Source of the DNA: a bacterium
Lineage (GTDB): Bacteria > UBA8248
Length of the DNA: 64,000 nucleotides
Reading direction: 5' to 3'
NCBI GenBank assembly: GCA_963692865.2
Contig: OY843592.1
Location: forward strand, 1,472,001 to 1,536,000
Shown: positions 46,334 through 56,572 of the stretch, one piece after another
Numbering within the stretch: the first letter of the stretch is position 1
Layout of the letters: every line of letters starts with the position of its first letter
Program-made: the position numbers and the translations under genes
Notes under the pieces: generated by a model
Database searches by the model: none
Seen by the model: only the letters and a program-made list of their open reading frames with translations
Told to the model about the DNA's origin: nothing

Positions 46334-48279
46334 GCAAAAAACCGTTTTACGTCTCCACGCCGATATATTACGTGAACGACAAGCCGCACCTGGGCCACGC
46401 CTACACGACGGTGGCTTGCGACGCCAAGGCGCGCTTCCACAGGCTGCGCGGCGAGCCGGCGCATTTTCTCACCGGAACCGACGAGCACGGCCAGAAGCTC
46501 CAGCGCGCGGCCCGCGAGGCCGGCATGGACCCCCTCGCGTTCTGCGACATGAACAGCGCGAAGTTCCGCGAACTCTGGGAGAAGCTCGACATCTCCTACG
46601 ACGATTACATCCGCACGACCGAGGAGCGCCATGTTCGCGGCGTGCAGGAACTCTGGCGGCGCGTGGAGGCGGCGGGCGACATCTACCTGGGCGCATACGC
46701 CGGCTGGTACGCCGTCCGCGACGAGGCTTTCTACACCGAGAGCGAACTCACCGAAGGCCCCGACGGAGCGAAGCTCGCGCCCACGGGCGCGGAAGTCGAA
46801 TGGGTGGAGGAGCCGAGCTATTTCTTCCGCCTGAGCAAGTACGCCGAGCCTCTCCTCGATCACTACGAGAAAAACCCCCGGTTCGTTCAGCCCGAGAGCC
46901 GCAGAAACGAGGTGATGAGCTTCGTGCGGGGCGGACTCAAGGATCTTTCCCTTTCGCGCACGAGCTTTCAGTGGGGGATCCCCGTGCCGGGGGACGAAAG
47001 CCACGTCATCTACGTGTGGTTCGACGCGCTGAGCAACTACCTGACCGCGCCGGGCTTCGATGAGAACGGGGTTCGCGAGGGGAGCCCCTGGCCGACGGAC
47101 CAGCATTTCATCGGCAAGGACATCCTGCGGTTCCACGCGGTCTACTGGCCCGCCTTCCTGCTCTCCGCGGGCGTCCCCCTGCCGGGGCAGGTCTTCAGCC
47201 ACGGGTGGTGGACGGTCGAGGGCCAGAAGATGTCCAAGAGCCTGGGCAACGCGGTCGACCCGCACTGGCTGATCGAGGAATACGGGGTCGACGCCATCCG
47301 CTACTTCCTGCTCAAGGAGATCCCCTTCGGGCTGGACGGCGATTTCTCCCACGGCGCGCTGATCGACCGCATCAACAGCGATCTGGCGAACGATCTGGGG
47401 AACCTCCTCTACCGCACCCTGAACATGGTGAAGCGCTACACGGAGGGCCGGCTCGAACGCTCCGCGGCAGGCGATACCGAGGCGGAGAGCGCGTTTTGCG
47501 AATTCGTCGCCGATGCGGCCGCGCGGTATGAGAACGGCATGGCGGCGACGCACTTCCAGAACGGCCTGAGAGCCGCCTGGGAGGTGATTTCCTGCGCCAA
47601 CAAATACATCGACGCGAACGCCCCCTGGACGCTCGCGAAAGAGGGCGACGATGCCCGCCTGTGCTCGGTGCTATGGCACGCCGTGGCGGCGATTCGCGTC
47701 GTCGCGGCCATGATTTCGCCCGTCATGCCGGCCACCGCTGGGAAGATAGCGGCGCAAATCGGCCTGTCAGAGGACTGGGCGGGCGCTCCTTATGCGGAGT
47801 TGATGGACATGCGGGGGCTGCCGGAGGAGCTGGTCACCAGCCTTGGGCCGCCTCTTTTCCCGCGCATCGAGGACGAGGCGAAACAGGCCATACAGGAGAA
47901 GGTGGCCAGGCGCATCGCAGGCGGCGAGGAGGCCGCGCCCGCAGAAGACGCGAAAGAGCGGATATCCTTCGAGGAATTCCAGAAAATGGATCTGCGCGCA
48001 GCGCAAGTACTGGAGGCCGAGCGGATGCCCAAGTCGAAAAACCTGCTCAAGCTCACCGTTTCCTTAGGCGAGGAAACCCGCACCGTCGTGGCGGGCATTG
48101 CGAAACACTACGCGCCCGAGGATTTGCCGGGCCGCAAGGTGATCCTCGTGGCCAACCTCGCGCCGGCCAGGCTCATGGGCGTGGAGTCCCAGGGCATGGT
48201 TCTCGCCGCCGAAGACGGCGGGCATCTGCTGCTCGCGGGCGTGGACGAGGCGGTGACGCCGGGCGCGCCGATCAGGTAA
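46330..48279 (+). CDS. metG: Methionine-tRNA ligase
   Basis: HLGH, KMSKS, C-terminal tRNA-binding domain. Confidence 0.98.
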   Translation: MSKKPFYVSTPIYYVNDKPHLGHAYTTVACDAKARFHRLRGEPAHFLTGTDEHGQKLQRAAREAGMDPLAFCDMNSAKFRELWEKLDISYDDYIRTTEERHVRGVQELWRRVEAAGDIYLGAYAGWYAVRDEAFYTESELTEGPDGAKLAPTGAEVEWVEEPSYFFRLSKYAEPLLDHYEKNPRFVQPESRRNEVMSFVRGGLKDLSLSRTSFQWGIPVPGDESHVIYVWFDALSNYLTAPGFDENGVREGSPWPTDQHFIGKDILRFHAVYWPAFLLSAGVPLPGQVFSHGWWTVEGQKMSKSLGNAVDPHWLIEEYGVDAIRYFLLKEIPFGLDGDFSHGALIDRINSDLANDLGNLLYRTLNMVKRYTEGRLERSAAGDTEAESAFCEFVADAAARYENGMAATHFQNGLRAAWEVISCANKYIDANAPWTLAKEGDDARLCSVLWHAVAAIRVVAAMISPVMPATAGKIAAQIGLSEDWAGAPYAELMDMRGLPEELVTSLGPPLFPRIEDEAKQAIQEKVARRIAGGEEAAPAEDAKERISFEEFQKMDLRAAQVLEAERMPKSKNLLKLTVSLGEETRTVVAGIAKHYAPEDLPGRKVILVANLAPARLMGVESQGMVLAAEDGGHLLLAGVDEAVTPGAPIR

Positions 48280-48316
48280 AACAAAACGCCCCGCCCGGGA
48301 GATTGGAGTTTTTGGA

Positions 48317-50047
48317 GTGAACGAATCATCGGAATCCGCGCCGGATTCATCCGGCGATAAGGACCCATTCGCGGGTCAGGACAGAAAAGGACGCCCCAAT
48401 CGCCGCAGAAGAAGGCGAGGCCGAAGGGGCGGGAAACGTCCGGAAGCCATAGAACGGCAGAATACGCCCGGGAATGCGGAGACCGCCGCGCAAACGCAAA
48501 GCGGGGGCAAAGCCGCCCCGCGCCCTGAAAACGGCGGTTCGCGCGACGCCGATTCCCGGCGCGGGCGGGGCGGACGCAAGACCAAGAACCGCTGGCGGCA
48601 CCAGCGGAGGAAAAAAGCCCAGCCCCAGGTCATCATCGCCGAACTGCCCGATACGAACGGCCTGCCCGTACTGGTGGATACCCACGCCCATCTCATCGAC
48701 AAGGCTTTCGATCCGGACCGCCAGGGAGTGGTGGAGCGCGCCATCGAGGAGGGGGTGCACTACATCATCTCGATGGGCGCCTGTCTGGAGTCGAGCCGCC
48801 GGACCCTCGATCTCGCGGCGTCCTACGCGGGCGTCTACGCGGCGGTCGGCGTGCATCCGAGCGACGTCAAGGACATAAACGAGCGGACCATCCGGGATAT
48901 CGCCAAACTGACCGATGATCCCAAAGCGGTGGCCGTCGGCGAGATCGGGCTGGACTACTATCGGGATAACGCCCCGCGCAAGACCCAGCGCAGGTGGTTT
49001 CGGGAGCAAATCCGGCTGGCCGTCGAGGCGGGCAAGCCCATCGTCGTCCATTGCCGCGACTCGGCGGATGACATCCATGAGATTTTGGAAGCGGAAAGGG
49101 CGTGGCGAGCGGGCGGGGTGATCCACTGCTTCACGGGCGACGGCGAGCAGGCCCGGAAATTCCTGGACATCGATTTTCATCTGGGCGCGGGCGGGGCCAT
49201 CACCTTCTCGCGCTCGGAAGAACTCCGCGAAGTCTTCGAGCGGGTCCCCATCGAGCGCGTGCTCCTCGAAACGGACAGCCCCTATCTCGCCCCCCCGCCC
49301 CACCGGGGCAAGCGGAATGAGCCGGCCTACGTCGCGCACGTGGCGGAGACTCTCGCCGAACTCCGCGGGATGTCGACCGAGGAGGTGACGCGCCTCACCA
49401 CGGAGAACGCGCGCCGCCTGTTCGGGGTGGGGCCGCCGCGCGAGGAGGGGAGCATCGCCTACGCTCTCGGCGATACGCTCTATCTCAACGTCACGAACGA
49501 TTGCCAGAACTCATGTTTTTTCTGCGGTCTCCTGAGCGACTGCGTCTACAAGGGCCACAATCTGACGCTCGAAGGAGAACCCGACGCGGGCGAGGTTCTC
49601 GCCGCCGCCGGCGACCCGACCCGCTTCGCCGAAGTCGTATTCAGCGGCTTCGGCGAGCCCACGCTCAGGCTCGACGTCGTGAAGGAGGTGGCCGGCGAAC
49701 TCAAGCGCCGGGGCGCGAAGCGCATCCGCCTGGTGACGAACGGGCTCGCGAACAAGACGCACGAGAGAAACATCCTGCCCGAACTCGGCGGCCTCGTGGA
49801 CGCGATATCCATCAGCATGCAGGCGGAAAGCCCGGAAGCCTATGCGAAGGTCTGCAAGACCAGGGGCGTGGAAGACCCCTACCCGCAGGTCAAGGAGTTC
49901 GTCCGGTGGTCCAAGAACTACATCCCCGAGGTGGAGGTGACGGCCGTCAAGATGAACGGCCTCATCGACATCGAGGCGTGCGAGAAGGTGGCGACCGAGG
50001 AGCTGGGCGTGCCCTTCCGCGCGCATGATTACGTGCGCATGGATTAA
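48317..50047 (+). CDS. TatD-family nuclease fused to a radical SAM domain, with an Arg-rich N-terminal extension
   Basis: DTHAH, GEIGLDY, ETDSPYL; CQNSCFFC, GFGEPT. Confidence 0.9.
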   Translation: MNESSESAPDSSGDKDPFAGQDRKGRPNRRRRRRGRRGGKRPEAIERQNTPGNAETAAQTQSGGKAAPRPENGGSRDADSRRGRGGRKTKNRWRHQRRKKAQPQVIIAELPDTNGLPVLVDTHAHLIDKAFDPDRQGVVERAIEEGVHYIISMGACLESSRRTLDLAASYAGVYAAVGVHPSDVKDINERTIRDIAKLTDDPKAVAVGEIGLDYYRDNAPRKTQRRWFREQIRLAVEAGKPIVVHCRDSADDIHEILEAERAWRAGGVIHCFTGDGEQARKFLDIDFHLGAGGAITFSRSEELREVFERVPIERVLLETDSPYLAPPPHRGKRNEPAYVAHVAETLAELRGMSTEEVTRLTTENARRLFGVGPPREEGSIAYALGDTLYLNVTNDCQNSCFFCGLLSDCVYKGHNLTLEGEPDAGEVLAAAGDPTRFAEVVFSGFGEPTLRLDVVKEVAGELKRRGAKRIRLVTNGLANKTHERNILPELGGLVDAISISMQAESPEAYAKVCKTRGVEDPYPQVKEFVRWSKNYIPEVEVTAVKMNGLIDIEACEKVATEELGVPFRAHDYVRMD

Positions 50048-50062
50048 GGCAATCCAGGTCGG

Positions 50063-50472
50063 GGACGTGTTGAAAAATCCCTCTTCGCTCGGTCGATTCC
50101 TTCCTCATCGGTCGGAACCGACCGCCGCCGTCATTCCGGCGAAAGCCGGAATCCATTTTCAAGCAGAATGACAATGCTCCGGTTTTCCGTCTCCCCGTCA
50201 TAGGCGGGAACCAAGCAGAAAAGAAAAAAAAAGCAAAACAAATGGATTCCGTCGAACCCTCCCTCCCCGGTCGTCTCCGACACCGGAATGACGAACAAAA
50301 CCGCATTCACCTGTAATAGGGCGGCCCTTTATGGCCGCCCTACCCCCCGTGGCCGCCCTTATCGGGTATGCCTATCCTTTCTGGTTGTCCCTTACCAGGA
50401 CAGGCACGGGGGCCTGTCCCTGCGGGAGCGGAATCCGCATCAGTGCAGGGGCCGTTCGCGAACGGCCTCTAC
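50063..50472. repeat. Intergenic cluster of an IS1182-like end and several hairpin repeats
   Basis: GTGTTGAAAAATCCC; CGTCATTCCGGCGAAAGCCGGAAT; GGGCGGCC...GGCCGCCCTAC; GGACAGGC...GCCTGTCCCTGC; blocks shared with 21769-21930. Confidence 0.7.
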
Positions 50473-50587
50473 TGAACAACCGTGCCCGTTTGCGCTAGAA
50501 TGCCCCCATGACTAACCAGCGTGCCTCCAACGATTTTACCGATCCATCTGAGCCAAACGCGCGCATCGTCCCACGGAAAAACCCCCG

Positions 50588-51514
50588 ATGAGCAAGCCCT
50601 TCTACATCCTCTCGCTCGACGGCGGGGGATCGTTAGGTGTCTACACCCTGGGCGTGCTGGCGGAAACCGAGCGCGCGCTGGGCCGCCCGCTGCACGAGGC
50701 GTTCGACCTCGTGTACGGCGTCAGCACGGGCTCCATCATCGCCTCGATGGTCGCGCTGGGCGACCCGGTCGACCCGACGATTGCGGATCGCTATTTCGAG
50801 CTCGCGCCCGACGTGCTGGGGCCTCTGCTCGCGCGCAACAAGACGAGCGCGCTCGATCGGCACGCGCATAGAATCTACGGCGACAGGACTTTCGGGGATT
50901 TCAAGCTGGACGTCGGCATCCTCGTCACGTACGCGGAACGCGACCGCCCCATGGTGTTCAAGCGAGACTTCGCGCAAGACGGCGCGGATGGTTTCCTCTC
51001 GGTCGCGGGTCTCAAGGTTTCGGACGCGATCATGGCGTCGTGCGCCGCGCATCCGTTCCTGAAGCACAAGCGCATCGACTTGGCCGATCACGGGGAGCGC
51101 ACCGCGCTTGACGGCGGGTTCACGGCGAACAACCCGGCGCTTTTCGCCATCGCCGACGCCACCGGGCCGCTCGGCGTCGCTCGGGAGGACATCCGCATAT
51201 TAAGCGTCGGGACGGGGAGTTACCCCGAATCGAGGAAGTGGACGCGGCGGATCATCGCGGGCGTCCGGCCGCTCAGGACCTACATGACGCTCTCAAGGAC
51301 GAGTTCGAACACCGTCGACACGCTGCGCGGGCTGTTCTTCCCGGACGTCGAAACCTTGCGGATCAACGACTCGTTCACCGACCGCGCCTACGAGACGGAC
51401 TTCATGGAGCACGACCCGCGCAAGCTCAAGATGATATTCCAACTCGGGCGCAAATCCTTCGAGCGTGCGGAGGCGCGCGTGCGGGATTTTTTTGGGGATG
51501 CGCGTGGAGGGTAA
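50588..51514 (+). CDS. Patatin-like phospholipase
   Basis: DGGGSLG, GVSTG, DGG. Confidence 0.93.
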   Translation: MSKPFYILSLDGGGSLGVYTLGVLAETERALGRPLHEAFDLVYGVSTGSIIASMVALGDPVDPTIADRYFELAPDVLGPLLARNKTSALDRHAHRIYGDRTFGDFKLDVGILVTYAERDRPMVFKRDFAQDGADGFLSVAGLKVSDAIMASCAAHPFLKHKRIDLADHGERTALDGGFTANNPALFAIADATGPLGVAREDIRILSVGTGSYPESRKWTRRIIAGVRPLRTYMTLSRTSSNTVDTLRGLFFPDVETLRINDSFTDRAYETDFMEHDPRKLKMIFQLGRKSFERAEARVRDFFGDARGG

Positions 51515-51533
51515 GGGGTGAGGTTTTGACTTT

Positions 51534-52063
51534 GTAGGGGAGGACCTATGTGTCCTCCCTTTTTGTTTACCGTCCTGATCGCATTTAATCTCTGGTTGCG
51601 GGCGGACACGCAGGTCCGCCCCTACGGTCCCCATTCAAGAGGGAGAATGTGTAGGGGGTCGCCGGTCGGGATTGATCCACCGCGCGGCCTCGGGCTTAGC
51701 AGAACGCTTGACGCCCTCATCCCGGTACCCCAAACCCTCATCCTGAGTAGGCGCGTTAGCGCCGTATCGAAGGATGGGGGGCGCATCTCTACGGCAGGCG
51801 CGAATTTCGCCCTTCGATACAAACGCTCCTTCATCAGTCGCGTTTTACTTTCGACCGCTACTCAGGGTGAGGGAAAGGGGATTCGGCGGAGCCTGTCCCG
51901 AGCTTGTCGAAGGGCCCCTGCACGAGGTGAGGCGGAGCGGCGGACTGTGCAGGACGAGGAGAGGATTGCGCCGCATCGGGCTTTTTCAACAACCCCATGT
52001 ATGCGTCCCCTACACTTCCGTTGACGTGAACGACGCCGGACAGGCGTGGGGGCCTGTCCCTAC
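51534..52063. repeat. Intergenic repeat cluster: REP doublet, CCTCATCCTGAGTAG element, IS1182-like end, single REP
   Basis: GTAG...CTAC doublet 51534-51625; palindromic element at about 51735-51872; GGGCTTTTTCAACAACCCC 51978-51996. Confidence 0.75.
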
Positions 52064-52146
52064 GGTTGCCGTTCACGAACGATAGAAAACGTGTATCTGA
52101 GAACCACCCTTCCATCCCGCTCCGTTTGGGGTAGAATGTCCACGCT

Positions 52147-55100
52147 ATGGACGGACACTCCTTTCATCCGCTGATCGCGCGCTGGTTCGAAGAGAAGTTC
52201 TCCGAGCCGAGCGCGCCCCAGGAGGCCGGCTGGCCCGAGATTGCCACCGGGCGCGACACCCTCATCGCCGCCCCCACGGGCACGGGCAAGACGCTGGCCG
52301 CCTTCCTGTGGTCGCTCGACGGTCTGATTCGGGACGCGCTCGGGGGCGATCTGGAAGACGCCTGCCGCCTCGTCTACATCTCTCCCTTGAAGGCGCTCGG
52401 AAACGACATCCAGAAGAACTTACAAGAACCTTTGAGCGAGATCCGCGCGCTCGCGAAGAAAGAGGGCGCCGATCTTCCCGAGCTCCGCGTGGCGGTGCGC
52501 TCGGGCGACACGCCTGCGCGCGAGCGCAGGCTCATGCTCAAGAAGCGCCCCCACATCCTCATCACGACGCCCGAGTCGCTCTACATCCTCCTGACGGCCG
52601 CGCGCAGCCGGAAGGTGCTGGAGACCGCGCGCGCCGTCATCGTGGACGAGATTCACGCGGTCGCAGGGGATAAGCGCGGCGCGCACCTGGCGCTCTCCCT
52701 GGAGCGGCTCGACGCCCTTTGCGGTGAGCGCATACAGCGCATCGGCCTGAGCGCGACGCAAAAGCCGATTGAGGATATCGCGCGCCTGCTCATCGGCGCG
52801 GGGAGGAGTAGAGAGGACGGCGCTCCCGATTGCGCGGTGGTGGACGTGGGCCACAAGCGCGAGATGTCGCTCTCCATAGAGGTGGCCGATCAGGATATCG
52901 GCCCCATCGCCTCGCACGAGTACTGGGACGAGGTGTTCGACCGCATCGCCGCCCACATCGAGAGCCACCGCACGACCATCGTGTTCGTCCACACGCGGCG
53001 GCTGGCCGAGCGCGTCGCCCACCGCCTTACGCAAAAGCTGGGCGAGGGCCGCGCCGCCGCGCACCACGGGTCGCTGTCGCGCAAGATCAGGCTGGACGCC
53101 GAGGAGCGTCTCAAATCGGGCGCGTTGTCCGCCATCGTCGCCACGGCGTCCCTGGAACTCGGCATCGACATCGGCCACGTCGACCTGGTCTGCCATCTGG
53201 GCGCGCCGCGAACGCTCGCCTCCCTGCTCCAGCGCGTGGGGCGCTCCGGCCACTGGAAGGGCGCTATCCCTAAGGGAATCGTCTTTCCCATGACGCGGGA
53301 CGAACTGCTCCAGAGCGCCGCCGCGGTCCGCTCGGTGCGGGAAGGCGCGCTCGATAAGGTCATCTTCCCCGTGGCGCCGCTCGACATCCTCGCCCAGCAG
53401 ATGGTGGCCGAGGCCGCCGCGCAGGAAGAGGTGGGAGAGGAGGCGCTCTGGTCGCTCGTCCGGCGCGCGCAGCCGTACGGGGCGCTCGCGCGGGACGTTT
53501 TCGAGGACGTGCTCGAGATGCTGACCGAGGGCATTTCCACCAGCCGGGGCAGGCGCACCGCCTATCTCCACAGGGATCGCGTGAACGCGCTCCTGAAACC
53601 GAGGCGCGGGGCGCGGCTTTGCGCCATCACGTCGGGCGGCGCGATTCCCGACACGGCGGATTACGACGTGGTGGAGGGAGCGGCGGAGACCTTCGTGGGC
53701 AAGGTGAACGAGGATTTCGCCATCGAGTCGAACGCGGGCGACATCTTCCTGCTCGGAAACCACTCCTGGCGCGTGAAGCGCGTGGAGCGCGACAAGGTGC
53801 GCGTGGAGGACGCCGAGGGCCTCCCGCCCAACATCCCCTTCTGGCTGGGCGAGGCGCCCTCGCGCACGGCGGAACTCTCGGAATCCGTCTCGACGCTCCG
53901 GGCCGAACTGGCGGAACGCCTCACGGAGCCCGCCGAAGCCATCCGCCGGCTGCGCGCCGAATGCGGTCTTTGCGCGCAGGGCGCGTCGCAGATTATCGAC
54001 TACGTGCGCGAGACCGTGCGGGTGCTGGGGCGCGCCCCCACGCAACAGGAGATCGTGGCGGAGCGGTTCTTCGACGAGGCGGGCGGGATGCAGCTCGTCA
54101 TCCACTCGCCCTTCGGCGGGCGGGTCAACCGCGCGTGGGGCCACACGCTCAGGAAGCGCTTTTGCCTCACGTTCGACTTCGAACTCCAGGCCGCCGCGAC
54201 GGACGACGGCATCGTGTTATCGCTCTCCTCGCAGCACAGCTTCCCTATTGAGGCCATTTTCGGTTTCGCGCGCCTCGCATCGCTCAGGAAGGACATGCTC
54301 CAGTCCGCCTTGCAATCGCCCATGTTCACCAACCGCTGGCGCTGGAACGCGGCGCGCGCGCTCGCGCTCCCCAGGCGCAGCGGGGGCAGGAAGGTCCCCG
54401 TCGCGATACAGCGCATGCGGGCCGAGGACTTGCTCGCCGCCGTCTTCCCGGCCCAGCTCGCCTGCCAGGACAACCACCACGGCCCGGTCGAGCCGCCCGA
54501 CCACCCCCTGGTGAACGAGACGGTGGAGAACTGCCTGACCGAGGCGATGGACATCGAGAGTTTAAGGAGCCTCGTCAGAGATATGGAAAGCGGGAAGATT
54601 AAAACCTTCGGCGTGGAGACGCCCGCGCCCTCGCCCATGTCGCACGAGATTCTGAACGCGAACCCCTACGCCTTCATCGACGACGCGCCCTTAGAGGAGC
54701 GCCGCTCGCGCGCCGTGCCGCTCCGGCGCGCCCTGCCCGATGACGCGGAGAGCGCCCGGCTCGACCCGGACGTGATAGAAGAGGTGCGCGAGGGGGCATG
54801 GCCGTCGCCGCGCGACGCGGACGAGCTGCACGACGCGCTGCTCTCCCTGTGCGTATTGCCCGCGGAGGAGGCGGAAGAATGGGCCGCCCGGGTGGATGAA
54901 CTCCTCGCCCGCAACCGCGCCGCGAAGGCGGTCTGGGAGGCGGATGGCGCCTGTCGGGAAGGCTGGGTGGCCGCCGAGAGAATGGCGCTCGCCCGCGCGG
55001 CGATTCCGGGAATCAGGCTTGAGCCTGAGACGATCCCCTTCCAGGGGGACGACGGAAAAACGCCCGCGCAGGACGAGGCGGCGCTCGCCGTCGTCAGGGG

Positions 55101-56472
55101 CTGGATGGAGGCGTCGGGCCCGGTGACGGCGAATGAGCTCGCCTCGCGCGTCGGCCTCGCGCTGTCGGATGTCGAGATAGCCCTCGCCGCCCTGGAGGGA
55201 GAGGGAGCGGTTCTCAGGGGCCGCTTCGCGCGCCTCGGCGCCGGGACGCAAGTCGAGTGGTGCGACCGCGTGCTGCTGGCCCGCATCCACCGCATGACGC
55301 TGGGCAAGTTGAGGCGCGAGATAGAACCCGTCACGGCGGCGGATTTCGTCCGGTTCCTGCTCAGGTGGCAGCACGTGCACGAGGACGCCATGCTGCACGG
55401 GCGAGACGGCGTGCTCGAGGTGATCCGCCGGCTTCAGGGGCTGGAGCTTCCCGCCCCCGCCTGGGAGGAGCAGATTCTGCCCGCGCGCATCAGGAACTAC
55501 GACCCCGCCGATCTGGAGGCGCTCTGCCTCTCGGGCCTGGTCGCGTGGGGACGCCTGCGACCCGGCGCGCCGCCCGAGCCGGATGGCGACGCGGCGAACG
55601 GAAGACGCGCGGGGACGCCCCGGAGCGCCGCGCCCACGCGCCGCGCGCTCCTGGCCTTCCTGGTGCGCGAGGAGGCGGGCCTGTTCCTGAAGCCACGCGA
55701 AGCCGAAGAGGCGTGGCGGGGGAGTCTCTCCAGACCCGCGCTCGAAATACTCGACTTTCTGAAAAGCCGGGGCGCGTCGTTCCTCGCCGACATCACGGCG
55801 GCGACGGGCAGGCTGCCGACGGAGGCCGAAGAGGCGCTCTGGGAGCTCGTCGCGCGCGGCCTCGTGACGGGCGACGGCGTGGCGGGCCTGCGGGCGCTCA
55901 TCGTGAACGCGAAGGAGAAGAAAAGGGGCGAGCGCAGGCTGCGCGCCCTGCCGGGCGGGCGTGCCATATCGCGCGAGGCGAAAAAGCGCTTCATGCCCGT
56001 GGGACGCTGGTCGCTCTGGGGGAGCGCGGACGCCCCGCTCGACGCCGAAGCGGCGCGAGAAGCCCATGCGCGGCAGTTGCTCACGCGCTACGGCGTCGCG
56101 CTGCGCGAGCTGGCCGTCCGCGAATCCATTGCGCCGCGCTGGCGCGAGCTGGTTCGGGTGTTCAGGCGCATGGAGGCGAGGGGCGAGATTCGCGGCGGGC
56201 GTTTCGTCTCCGGCTTCACGGGCGAGCAGTTCGCCCTGCCCGAGGCGGTCGAGGCGCTGCGCGCCGTGCGGCGGATTCCCGCGCGGGGCAAGCCCACGAT
56301 GGTCCACGCGAGCGACCCGATGAACCTCGTGGGCGTCATCGTTCCGGGAGCGAAAATATCGCCCAGATCGCGCGAGGTCATCCTCTACCGCGACGGCCTG
56401 GCGGCCGACAGCGGCCCGCTCGGCGAGGTGCGGAGCCGGATGCGGAACGAGTCGCTCACGGGCGGGGGATGA
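52147..56472 (+). CDS. lhr: Lhr-family ATP-dependent helicase, full length
   Basis: APTGTGKT, DEIH, SAT, QRVGRSGH, C-terminal RYG / RGGRFV / GEQFA region. Confidence 0.93.
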   Translation: MDGHSFHPLIARWFEEKFSEPSAPQEAGWPEIATGRDTLIAAPTGTGKTLAAFLWSLDGLIRDALGGDLEDACRLVYISPLKALGNDIQKNLQEPLSEIRALAKKEGADLPELRVAVRSGDTPARERRLMLKKRPHILITTPESLYILLTAARSRKVLETARAVIVDEIHAVAGDKRGAHLALSLERLDALCGERIQRIGLSATQKPIEDIARLLIGAGRSREDGAPDCAVVDVGHKREMSLSIEVADQDIGPIASHEYWDEVFDRIAAHIESHRTTIVFVHTRRLAERVAHRLTQKLGEGRAAAHHGSLSRKIRLDAEERLKSGALSAIVATASLELGIDIGHVDLVCHLGAPRTLASLLQRVGRSGHWKGAIPKGIVFPMTRDELLQSAAAVRSVREGALDKVIFPVAPLDILAQQMVAEAAAQEEVGEEALWSLVRRAQPYGALARDVFEDVLEMLTEGISTSRGRRTAYLHRDRVNALLKPRRGARLCAITSGGAIPDTADYDVVEGAAETFVGKVNEDFAIESNAGDIFLLGNHSWRVKRVERDKVRVEDAEGLPPNIPFWLGEAPSRTAELSESVSTLRAELAERLTEPAEAIRRLRAECGLCAQGASQIIDYVRETVRVLGRAPTQQEIVAERFFDEAGGMQLVIHSPFGGRVNRAWGHTLRKRFCLTFDFELQAAATDDGIVLSLSSQHSFPIEAIFGFARLASLRKDMLQSALQSPMFTNRWRWNAARALALPRRSGGRKVPVAIQRMRAEDLLAAVFPAQLACQDNHHGPVEPPDHPLVNETVENCLTEAMDIESLRSLVRDMESGKIKTFGVETPAPSPMSHEILNANPYAFIDDAPLEERRSRAVPLRRALPDDAESARLDPDVIEEVREGAWPSPRDADELHDALLSLCVLPAEEAEEWAARVDELLARNRAAKAVWEADGACREGWVAAERMALARAAIPGIRLEPETIPFQGDDGKTPAQDEAALAVVRGWMEASGPVTANELASRVGLALSDVEIALAALEGEGAVLRGRFARLGAGTQVEWCDRVLLARIHRMTLGKLRREIEPVTAADFVRFLLRWQHVHEDAMLHGRDGVLEVIRRLQGLELPAPAWEEQILPARIRNYDPADLEALCLSGLVAWGRLRPGAPPEPDGDAANGRRAGTPRSAAPTRRALLAFLVREEAGLFLKPREAEEAWRGSLSRPALEILDFLKSRGASFLADITAATGRLPTEAEEALWELVARGLVTGDGVAGLRALIVNAKEKKRGERRLRALPGGRAISREAKKRFMPVGRWSLWGSADAPLDAEAAREAHARQLLTRYGVALRELAVRESIAPRWRELVRVFRRMEARGEIRGGRFVSGFTGEQFALPEAVEALRAVRRIPARGKPTMVHASDPMNLVGVIVPGAKISPRSREVILYRDGLAADSGPLGEVRSRMRNESLTGGG

Positions 56473-56487
56473 AGTAGATAATCAATT

Positions 56488-56517
56488 GTAGGGACAGGCC
56501 CCCGCGCCTGTCCCTGC
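56488..56517 (+). repeat. GTAG REP hairpin
   Basis: GTAGGGACAGGCCCCCGCGCCTGTCCCTGC. Confidence 0.7.
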
Positions 56518-56525
56518 GAACAAGA

Positions 56526-56560
56526 AAACCCCGGCGGCGCGCGCCGGGGTTTCCTTGTTT
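56526..56560. terminator. Probable bidirectional intrinsic terminator
   Basis: Stem AAACCCCGGCG / CGCCGGGGTTT between convergent genes. Confidence 0.7.
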
Positions 56561-56572
56561 CCGGAAGCGTGG

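Noticed and set aside
50588-56472. CBASS or a patatin-helicase defence operon
   Set aside because: No CD-NTase; the genes are separated by about 630 bp of repeats; Lhr is a widespread repair helicase
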